NCBI GenBank assembly: GCA_048882325.1
Contig: JBHLRS010000030.1
Span: 1-16,541 of the forward strand
Length of the DNA stretch: 16,541 nucleotides
Source of the DNA: Candidatus Thorarchaeota archaeon
GTDB lineage: Archaea; Asgardarchaeota; Thorarchaeia; Thorarchaeales; Thorarchaeaceae
Direction: 5' to 3'
Under the pieces are notes generated by a model. It was not told the origin of the DNA. It ran no database searches and worked only from the letters and a program-made list of their open reading frames with translations. A program made the translations under genes and the position numbers. Below are positions 8,134 through 15,573 of this stretch, in pieces; positions within the stretch are counted from its first letter, which is position 1, and each line of letters begins with the position of its first letter.

Positions 8134-10349
8134 AGGGTAGTATTGCCTTATTTTTTATGAGTAATAATTTTGTAATCAATCAATTCTTATAGAAGTTCAT
8201 CTGACCTATAATGGGGACCATCGTATCATTGAGGACTGCCACCATCTCGTGGTTCTTAGGACCGTATAATGAAGGGGAAGAAATATGGAAAAAGGAGGCG
8301 CTAGGCCGTCACTAGATCTATTTTCGTATAGTATCAAGGGAAAAGACTCCAACGGGTCATACAGTGGCACGATTGAACTGTTGGGAAACGAGAATGATAA
8401 CACCTCATTAACAGTTTCTCGAACAATTAGATATGAGAAAGGAAGAACCTTGCGATTCTCAGGAGAGGGAAATATCAGAGGACGAAGAGTAGATCTTCGT
8501 CTTAGGCAGGTCCATAAACCAGTTGATTGGAAAACGGATGAAAAGAAAAGAGTGGTGTCTAAGAGGAAGAAGATTCCTTTGACACACATCATCGGCGGAT
8601 TCTCAAAGGAAAAAGATTCGTGTATAGCTTTCTGCAGAATAATGGGTAAATCAGATATTAAGAGAGGGGAGGAGAAATGGGAACTAGAGAAGAAACACAG
8701 TCTTCTCGAAAGATATACTCAGGAGTCAAAGAGCATCAAAGGCGAATGGACACCGATACGCATTCCAATGAAGGAACCGGGAATTGTGAAACTTAGTATT
8801 CCAAAGGCAATAGGACCTACTGGAATGTTTCTCAAAGAAGGTGTTGAACCAGAACTCGAGAATATTGATGAGATGTGTATGTTGTATCCAAGGAACTTTC
8901 AATCCCAAAGGGTTCTTGGACAACCAACTCTTTACAATGAAACTGATGGTCCTATTTGGATTAAACAATTCTCTAAGAAAGAAATTGAATCTGACTGGAT
9001 ATTCTGGTATAGGGACGACGAAAAAGAGTCAAATTGGGAGTTTTCAGCTGAAATTCGGATTCTATCTCTACCCGATTGGATTCTATCTCTTATTTGCAAT
9101 CCGTATGTGAAGATTGACGTATGGCCTAGTGTGACTAGTACTGGAGGTGTAGTCTACATCACTGTGACTGCCAGAGCATGGGCTGGACTAGATATGTTCT
9201 GGTGGTATGGCTGTACTGGTATACCCGCGTGGGATCGTGCACATATTTGGGCAGGTAATGGAGCCTACTCTGCTAGTCGTACATGGGTAATCGGTGTTGA
9301 TACGCCTGGTACCTACACATTTGGTGCAAATTGTCGAGATGTTCTCTATCCCGAGCTAGGAGTTCCTCATCAAGCTTCTGAAGGTTGTGGACTCGATTTC
9401 GACTCCGTAGAAGTGCATCCTATGTTTCGTAGGGTCTACAAGGTGGGTTTTGTCCTTCTAGCACCAGAAGGTTCAGATGTCACCTCTAGCGAGTTTCAGA
9501 CATATCTAGACAGACTTGATGGAATCAAGAACGCTCTTAACTACCAATTTCACACGTCTACTTTGGAATATGGTGTTGTTGATGTTGATTATCCTGTTGT
9601 TGTACTAACACCTCCAGGACCTATCTATGATATCTATGATAGTTATACTCAACTGTATGCATTTATCCGGGAAACGATAGCCAACAACTTTTACTCTGAC
9701 CATCCTGATGCCTTTGATTTCTTAGCGATTTACGAAGCGTATCCTGACAAAACCATTGGGTCCAGACACATCACTGTTAATACGAGGGTTGCTGGATTTG
9801 GTATATATCCCTATGACCTATCATATGACTGGGGGTCATCTGGACGTTTGCGAGGAGTTGGATTAGTAGCAGACGTCAGAACACTTCCAGATTCATACGA
9901 TTTCATGGAAAGCAAAATGCACTTACTGCTCCATGAAGTCTTTGGACATCAATGGGGAGTTTTTGCTGACCGAATAGGAACTTCCGGAGCTCATTTTGAA
10001 ACAGGTATTGAATCACCAACATTCACAGTGATGTATGGTCGTCCCTGGCGTAGAATTGATGAAACTCATTTCACTACAGAGAATATCCAAGATCCTGAAA
10101 CAGGCCATTTCAAAGTGACATTCCATCCTTGGATTCTCTATGTTGCTGGTATGTTGGCAAGATCCGAAATTCCAGAAGAGCTCATGGATGTTAGCCCCGA
10201 CACACCACCAGCTCATAGGTATGATTTGGTGGACACGACAGGAACATATGAGATTGTGACACTTCAAAGTGTAATAGACGATTCTGGTGATAGATACGAT
10301 GTCTAGATGCATCATTGGTGTTTCCATTTGGAAAACAGAAACAAGAAAA
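8134..10349. mobile_element. Putative tRNA-Ser-integrated genomic islet remnant (no integrase)
   Basis: Bounded by the intact tRNA-Ser 3' end and a degenerate copy of it. It has an AT-rich left edge and carries one orphan-like gene. Confidence 0.4.
8285..10306 (+). CDS. Hypothetical 673-aa multidomain protein with a C-terminal putative zinc metallopeptidase domain
   Basis: Long uninterrupted ORF. LLLHEVFGHQWG (9932-9949), a further His (GAH) and TVMYG (possible Met-turn). The central segment is beta-rich and Ig-like (PGTYTFGANCRD). Confidence 0.7.
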   Translation: MEKGGARPSLDLFSYSIKGKDSNGSYSGTIELLGNENDNTSLTVSRTIRYEKGRTLRFSGEGNIRGRRVDLRLRQVHKPVDWKTDEKKRVVSKRKKIPLTHIIGGFSKEKDSCIAFCRIMGKSDIKRGEEKWELEKKHSLLERYTQESKSIKGEWTPIRIPMKEPGIVKLSIPKAIGPTGMFLKEGVEPELENIDEMCMLYPRNFQSQRVLGQPTLYNETDGPIWIKQFSKKEIESDWIFWYRDDEKESNWEFSAEIRILSLPDWILSLICNPYVKIDVWPSVTSTGGVVYITVTARAWAGLDMFWWYGCTGIPAWDRAHIWAGNGAYSASRTWVIGVDTPGTYTFGANCRDVLYPELGVPHQASEGCGLDFDSVEVHPMFRRVYKVGFVLLAPEGSDVTSSEFQTYLDRLDGIKNALNYQFHTSTLEYGVVDVDYPVVVLTPPGPIYDIYDSYTQLYAFIRETIANNFYSDHPDAFDFLAIYEAYPDKTIGSRHITVNTRVAGFGIYPYDLSYDWGSSGRLRGVGLVADVRTLPDSYDFMESKMHLLLHEVFGHQWGVFADRIGTSGAHFETGIESPTFTVMYGRPWRRIDETHFTTENIQDPETGHFKVTFHPWILYVAGMLARSEIPEELMDVSPDTPPAHRYDLVDTTGTYEIVTLQSVIDDSGDRYDV

Positions 10350-10470
10350 TGGCGCCGAGGATGAGATTTGAACTCATGCGTGACAAAGCACACCGGTTGA
10401 CTTGGCATTCAGCTTCCGAAGAAACCGGTTTTCAAGACCGGCGCCGTAATCCGGGCTTGGCTACCTCGGC
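10350..10470 (-). tRNA. tRNA-Ser(UGA) with a 32-nt intron at 37/38 (intron 10399-10430); 3' CCA encoded
   Basis: Reverse complement: GCCGAGG TA GCC AAGCCCGGATTAC GGC G CCGGT CT TGA A [32-nt intron] A ACCGG TGTGCTTTGTCACGC ATGAG TTCAAAT CTCAT CCTCGGC G CCA. It has a long variable arm and a G73 discriminator. Confidence 0.95.
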
Positions 10471-10496
10471 TTAGACATGCCACCGTTGGAAATGCC

Positions 10497-10503
10497 TTTT
10501 AAG
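10497..10503. promoter_or_regulatory. Putative TATA element between divergent tRNA-Ser and archease
   Basis: TTTTAAG on the plus strand and CTTAAAA on the minus strand, about 27 nt from the tRNA 5' end and about 40 nt from the archease start. Confidence 0.5.
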
Positions 10504-10541
10504 CTTCTTGTCGTGGTTGGCCGAGAAGGAGAACTAATCCA

Positions 10542-10973
10542 TTGGAGCGCGGTTTCAACTTTCATGATCATACGGCAGACATTACAATAGAGTGCTGGGC
10601 TCCTGATTTGATAGATGCATTTGAACAGGCTGCCCTTGCCACATTTGAGGTCATTCTAGACACATCCACAGTTGAGCCAAAGGAAACTACTGAGATATCA
10701 GTTACAGGAACCGATCTTGAAGAACTTCTAGTAGAGTGGATTGGAAAACTTATTGCATTGATAGATATCAATGGCCAATTTTACTCTGAGTTTCATGTGG
10801 ACCACCTCGAAGCAACTCTGGATGGCTATGTTCTCGAAGCTAGGGCTCTAGGGGAGCCAATCAATCATGAGAAGCATGACACACGAACTGAAGTCAAGGC
10901 CATGACTTATGCTGACATGAAAATACTTCAAGAGCCCAATCGCACCACTATATGGTTCACACTTGACCTTTAG
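10542..10973 (+). CDS. Archease (RtcB tRNA-ligase cofactor)
   Basis: N-terminal DHTAD, DLEELLVEW, EVKAMTY and C-terminal LDL. The TTG start follows AGGAG. Confidence 0.93.
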   Translation: MERGFNFHDHTADITIECWAPDLIDAFEQAALATFEVILDTSTVEPKETTEISVTGTDLEELLVEWIGKLIALIDINGQFYSEFHVDHLEATLDGYVLEARALGEPINHEKHDTRTEVKAMTYADMKILQEPNRTTIWFTLDL

Positions 10974-10985
10974 GAGGATACAGAA

Positions 10986-11843
10986 CTGACTCTGAGAGTT
11001 GCTATTCCTGATACCACATTGACGGACTGCACAGATCTTCGTGAAAAGACTGTGAAAGTTGGATCCTTAGCTCGAGCTTTTGCTGTATTTCGGGTTGAGT
11101 CTGTGTACATCTATGATACAGGGATGCTAAGCGCCGGAAAGAAAAGGGATGCAGACCTACTCAGAAAGATTCTCAGATACATGGATACTCCACAATACCT
11201 ACGTAAACGGAGTTTTCCCAAGTCTCAAGCGCTCAAGTTCGCAGGTCTTCTTCCACCTCTTAGAACCAAGAGTCATCCACTAGAAAGCACACTTGATGAC
11301 ATTCAAGAGGGAACAGTGAGGTGGGGTCTACAGGTCCGACCTGGAAAAATTGATCTTGGGCTTGAGAAGTTGGTCAACTATCCGAAGGCGGTGAGTGAAC
11401 GCGATCCTACCCTTTTCAGATTAACAAAGACTAAGCCACAAATCAGCCTGGAGATAATCGACAGAGATGATGTCAGCGACTACTGGGGCTTTGACATCGA
11501 GCGTGTCACTAACCTAGCTGAGTTCCTTGAGGAGTCTGAAGAAACAACTCGAATTGGATTCTCTAGAAAGGCGCCATTGTTCCACCAACTTGAGAGTGAT
11601 TTGAAATCAACTGTCGCGAGCACACAGTCAGTTCTCGCAGTCTTTGGTGGTCCCGGTCATGGCATCCTCGAATTCTTTGGCAAGGATCGTGAGACCGTGA
11701 AGTCCCACATTGATTTCTGGGTGAACACTATTCCAGACCAGGGGACTGAAACTGTTCGACTTGAAGAGGCTTTGTTTGTGAGTCTCGGTCTACTGAACGC
11801 ATCATTGGGTAGATTGATTACAAAACCCGGCTATCATGAATGA
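10986..11843 (+). CDS. SPOUT-family RNA methyltransferase (COG2106 / SPOUT1-like); probable CTG start
   Basis: VAIPD, ARAFAVFRV, TPQYLRK, AGLLPPL, VFGGP, NTIPDQGTETVRLEEAL. The conserved LRVAIPD lies upstream of the track's TTG (11019). CTG 10986 is 8 nt after GGAGG. Confidence 0.9.
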   Translation: MTLRVAIPDTTLTDCTDLREKTVKVGSLARAFAVFRVESVYIYDTGMLSAGKKRDADLLRKILRYMDTPQYLRKRSFPKSQALKFAGLLPPLRTKSHPLESTLDDIQEGTVRWGLQVRPGKIDLGLEKLVNYPKAVSERDPTLFRLTKTKPQISLEIIDRDDVSDYWGFDIERVTNLAEFLEESEETTRIGFSRKAPLFHQLESDLKSTVASTQSVLAVFGGPGHGILEFFGKDRETVKSHIDFWVNTIPDQGTETVRLEEALFVSLGLLNASLGRLITKPGYHE

Positions 11844-11864
11844 CTAGTGCATGCATGCGTGACC

Positions 11865-11870
11865 TTTATA
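11865..11870 (+). promoter_or_regulatory. Putative TATA box for the glycyl radical enzyme gene
   Basis: TTTATA lies about 28 nt before ATG 11899, with no SD. Confidence 0.5.
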
Positions 11871-11898
11871 GAAGAAACTTCGTAGACGACAAATAACG

Positions 11899-14265
11899 AT
11901 GCAGTCCGAGAGAGTGAAACGCCTTCGAAAACAGAGTGTGGGTACGAAACCCTACATATCTACTGAGAGGGCTGAGCTTCTGACAGATTTCTATCAGAGT
12001 GGTGGTGCAGACCTAGTTTCCACACCTGTAGCTCGGGCATTGACATTCAAACACATTTTGGAGAATAAGACAATCTGCATCAATGATGGAGAGCTTATTG
12101 TTGGTGAAAGAGGCCCAGCTCCGCGAGCTGCGCCAACGTATCCTGAATTGTGTTGCCATACTCTTGAGGACCTCGAGATTGCCAACTCACGTGAACGAAC
12201 TCCTTTTCTGTCTACTGAGGACACGAGAAACACATACCGTGATGAGATCATTCCATTCTGGACGGGTCGGACCATGCGTGAACGCGTGTTTGAATCCATG
12301 TCTGATGAGTGGATGAAAGCATTCAATGCTGGTGTCTTTACAGAGTTCATGGAGCAACGTGCTCCCGGACATGCAATCCTTGATGATAAGATATACCAGC
12401 GAGGTCTCTTGGACTTCATTCAGGACATCCAAAATCATTTGTCATCACTCGACTACTTCAATGATTCAGAAGCCTATAACAAGGAGCAAGAGTTGAAGGC
12501 AATGGAGATAGCTGCGAACGCAGTGATTATCTTTGCTGAGCGACATGCTGAGAAGGCCCGAGAGCTTGCTGAGGAAGAGTCTGATGAAGTCCGAAAGAAG
12601 GAACTCCTACGCATTGCTGAGGTTTGTCAACATGTTCCAGCACATGCACCCCGTAACTTCTGGGAGGCATTACAATCCTACTGGTTTATTCACTTGGGAG
12701 TGATTATCGAGCTGAATGTCTGGGACAGTTTCAATCCAGGAAGACTGGATCTGAACCTCCATCCTTTCTATGAACGGGAGGTTGGCACAGGAACCCTCAC
12801 ACGAGATTTTGCGAAAGAACTCCTTCAATGCTTCTGGGTGAAGTTCAACAATCAACCTGCACCTCTGAAGGTGTCCATTACTGAACAACAGAGCGGAACA
12901 TACCAAGACTTTGCACTGATTAACACCGGAGGACTAACGGTTGACGGGAAGGATGGTGTTAATGAGCTGTCATATCTCATTCTAGAGGTCTGCAATGAGA
13001 TGCGACTCATTCAACCAAGTGTCTGCATTCAGCTGAGTACAGAGAACCCGGGGAGATTCCTTGAGAGTGCAGTTGATGTTGTCAAGGAGGGATTTGGACA
13101 GCCATCCATGTTCAACACCGATGTGATAATCAAAGAGTTTGTTCGTGCTGGAAAATCCATCGAAGATGCACGTAAAGGCGGGCCAAGTGGATGTGTAACA
13201 ATCAGTGCATTTGGGAAAGAGAGCTGTATTCTTACAGGTTACTGCAACTGGCCCAAGATATTAGAAATCACACTTCACAATGGCTCTGACCCTCGAACAG
13301 GTGAGAAAGTGGGTATTAAGACCGGTGATCCAACTGGGTTCAAATCGTTTGATGAACTGTTCTCTGCCTACAAGAAACAGCTTGAGTATTTTATTGATTT
13401 GAAAATCAAGGGCAATAATATCATTGAGCGTCTATACGCAGAACACATGCCTGCGCCTTTCATGTCCCTCTTGTTCGATGACTGTATTGCACGAGGGAAG
13501 GACTATCATGATGGAGGTCCCAGATACAACTCCACTTACATCCAGGGAGTAGGGATGGGAACAATCACAGACTCACTATCAGCTATCAAGTTCCATGTAT
13601 TCGAGAAGAAACGATTCACCATGAAGGAGCTACTTGATGGACTCGTTACAGACTTTGAGGAAAATGAGGTCATGAGAATGACCCTTCTCAACAGGACTCC
13701 TAAATATGGCAATGATGACGATTTTGTTGATGCACTTGCTAGGGATGTGTTCAACACCTACTTCGATTTGATTGATGGTCGTCCGAACACGAAGGGCGGT
13801 GAGTATCGAGTCAATCTTCTCCCAACCACGGTCCATGTCTATTTTGGGCAGGTGACTGGTGCCACCCCGGACGGTCGAAATGCTGGTGCGCCGTTATCAG
13901 ATGGGATATCTCCCAGCCATGGTGCTGACACGAAAGGTCCTACAGCAGTCATCAAGTCGGTGGCCAAGATTGACCACTGGAAGACTGGAGGAACTCTTCT
14001 AAACCAGAAGTTCATGCCTGAGGTGCTAGCTGATGAAGAAGGAAGAATGAAGCTTGGAAACCTCGTGCGGACCTATTTCAAACTGGGCGGTCATCATATT
14101 CAGTTCAACGTGGTTCACGCTGATACTCTCAAATCTGCTCAGAAGAGTCCTGAACTCTATCAAGATCTGATAGTCAGGGTTGCTGGCTACAGTGACTACT
14201 TCATCAACATCGGCAAGGACCTGCAGAACGAGATCATTGCCCGCACTGAACAGAAACGATTCTGA
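11899..14265 (+). CDS. Glycyl radical enzyme of the trans-4-hydroxy-L-proline dehydratase (HypD)-like clade; variant active site
   Basis: RVAGYS glycyl-radical loop (Gly763) and SGCV thiyl Cys432. HypD-clade signatures PTYPELCCHT, FTEFMEQRAPGH, LNVWD, KFNNQPAP, TYQDFA, LTGY, LPTT. Length is 788 aa. Confidence 0.9.
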   Translation: MQSERVKRLRKQSVGTKPYISTERAELLTDFYQSGGADLVSTPVARALTFKHILENKTICINDGELIVGERGPAPRAAPTYPELCCHTLEDLEIANSRERTPFLSTEDTRNTYRDEIIPFWTGRTMRERVFESMSDEWMKAFNAGVFTEFMEQRAPGHAILDDKIYQRGLLDFIQDIQNHLSSLDYFNDSEAYNKEQELKAMEIAANAVIIFAERHAEKARELAEEESDEVRKKELLRIAEVCQHVPAHAPRNFWEALQSYWFIHLGVIIELNVWDSFNPGRLDLNLHPFYEREVGTGTLTRDFAKELLQCFWVKFNNQPAPLKVSITEQQSGTYQDFALINTGGLTVDGKDGVNELSYLILEVCNEMRLIQPSVCIQLSTENPGRFLESAVDVVKEGFGQPSMFNTDVIIKEFVRAGKSIEDARKGGPSGCVTISAFGKESCILTGYCNWPKILEITLHNGSDPRTGEKVGIKTGDPTGFKSFDELFSAYKKQLEYFIDLKIKGNNIIERLYAEHMPAPFMSLLFDDCIARGKDYHDGGPRYNSTYIQGVGMGTITDSLSAIKFHVFEKKRFTMKELLDGLVTDFEENEVMRMTLLNRTPKYGNDDDFVDALARDVFNTYFDLIDGRPNTKGGEYRVNLLPTTVHVYFGQVTGATPDGRNAGAPLSDGISPSHGADTKGPTAVIKSVAKIDHWKTGGTLLNQKFMPEVLADEEGRMKLGNLVRTYFKLGGHHIQFNVVHADTLKSAQKSPELYQDLIVRVAGYSDYFINIGKDLQNEIIARTEQKRF

Positions 14266-14433
14266 GTCAGTCTGGTCAAGTCGCTCGTAGACCAATCTAT
14301 TCATTTACTACTCGTGAAGTCCCAAGTCCCTTTTCAGGACACACTCGCTCAAATATAGTCATCACAACGCTCAGTAACACAGGCCTGATTCCACTAGAAA
14401 CATCTTATAGACCACTTTTGGTCAGTGGGCAAA

Positions 14434-14441
14434 TTTTAAAA
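14434..14441 (+). promoter_or_regulatory. Putative TATA box of the rpl3 operon
   Basis: TTTTAAAA predicts a transcription start near 14463-14466. Confidence 0.55.
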
Positions 14442-14463
14442 ACACACTCCGTCACGGCTCGCG

Positions 14464-14552
14464 ATGTAGTAAGAATAGCCCGAGTGATGTGACTATTCGA
14501 ATTTGTGATGATTTTGATATCACTTTGGCTGCAAAACTACAGGTGAAAATTA
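14464..14552 (+). promoter_or_regulatory. Candidate structured 5' leader of the rpl3-rpl4-rpl23 operon, including the SD GGTGA (14542-14546)
   Basis: Nested helices TGTAGT/ACTACA, GAATAG/CTATTC, GTGAT/ATCAC and TTTG/CAAA. Confidence 0.45.
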
Positions 14553-15560
14553 ATGGCGCATAGAAAGAAGAATGCTCCAAGAAGAGGTAGTCTTGCTTAC
14601 CTACCCAGAGGAAGGGCATCCAAGTTTCTGCCAAGAATCAAGAACTGGCCCTCCTATGATGGTGATTCTGCAAAGTTACTTGGTTTTGTTGGCTACAAGG
14701 CTGGAATGACCCATGCAGTCATGACGATTGAGAATCCTAATAGCCCTTTCAAAGGGCAAGAAACAGTGGTTCCTGTCACAGTCATTGACACACCACCAAT
14801 CAGACCCTTCTCAATCCGTGGTTATGAGGCAACACCCTATGGGCTGAAACTGGTCTCTGAGGTCCTCGCAGAAACCCTCACTGAGGATCTACGGAAAGCA
14901 ATGACATTTCCAAAGGACTATGATCACAATGCCAAGATGAAAGAGTTTGAGGAAAAACTAGACTCGCTTGCAGAGATTCGGATGTTAATCCACACTCAGC
15001 CACGACTTGCAGGAGTGCCAAAGAAGAAGCCCGATATAACAGAGTACAAAGTAGGCGCTCCGAGCGTCAGAGAGGCATTTGAGTACGCTCAAAGTATCCT
15101 TGGCACTGATGTCAGAGTTGCAGATATACTCGATGAAGGAATTCTAGTCGATAGCATTGCTGTGACTAAGGGTCATGGTTTTCAGGGTCCTGTTCGTCGT
15201 TGGGGTATTCGGATACTTCAACACAAGTCACGAAAGACAAAACGTGGAGTGGGTTGCATTGGTCCATGGACTCCGACCAATATCAGGTACTCTGTACCAC
15301 GCCCAGGACAGACCGGTTTCCACACTCGCACCAGTTTCAACAATAAGGTTCTGAAGATGGGCGAGCGTGGTGAGGAAATTACACCTTCCGGAGGTTTTGT
15401 GAACTACGGCGTAATTCGCGGCGACTACATAATGCTTCATGGATCTATCCCTGGTACAGTAAAGAGACCAGTACGATTCAGATTCGCTATTCGTCCCAAG
15501 AAGGGACACGTGGATGCTCCTACTCAGGTGAGCTACATCAGCACAGCATCGAAGCAATAG
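14553..15560 (+). CDS. rpl3: 50S ribosomal protein L3 (uL3)
   Basis: PRRGSLAYLPRGRA, GYKAGMTH, TKGHGFQGPVRRWG, PRPGQTGFHTRT, ITPSGGFVNYG, GSIPG. Confidence 0.98.
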   Translation: MAHRKKNAPRRGSLAYLPRGRASKFLPRIKNWPSYDGDSAKLLGFVGYKAGMTHAVMTIENPNSPFKGQETVVPVTVIDTPPIRPFSIRGYEATPYGLKLVSEVLAETLTEDLRKAMTFPKDYDHNAKMKEFEEKLDSLAEIRMLIHTQPRLAGVPKKKPDITEYKVGAPSVREAFEYAQSILGTDVRVADILDEGILVDSIAVTKGHGFQGPVRRWGIRILQHKSRKTKRGVGCIGPWTPTNIRYSVPRPGQTGFHTRTSFNNKVLKMGERGEEITPSGGFVNYGVIRGDYIMLHGSIPGTVKRPVRFRFAIRPKKGHVDAPTQVSYISTASKQ

Positions 15561-15573
15561 GAGGTTGATAGTT

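Noticed and set aside
10350-10470. Possible selenocysteine or suppressor tRNA
   Set aside because: The anticodon is UGA (reads UCA, Ser), not UCA. It has a normal 7-bp acceptor stem and Ser-type features.
14266-14430. TGGTC/GACCA inverted motifs downstream of the GRE as an ncRNA or mobile-element end
   Set aside because: The stems are only about 5 bp, there is no matching end upstream of the GRE, and this is compatible with chance or a terminator.
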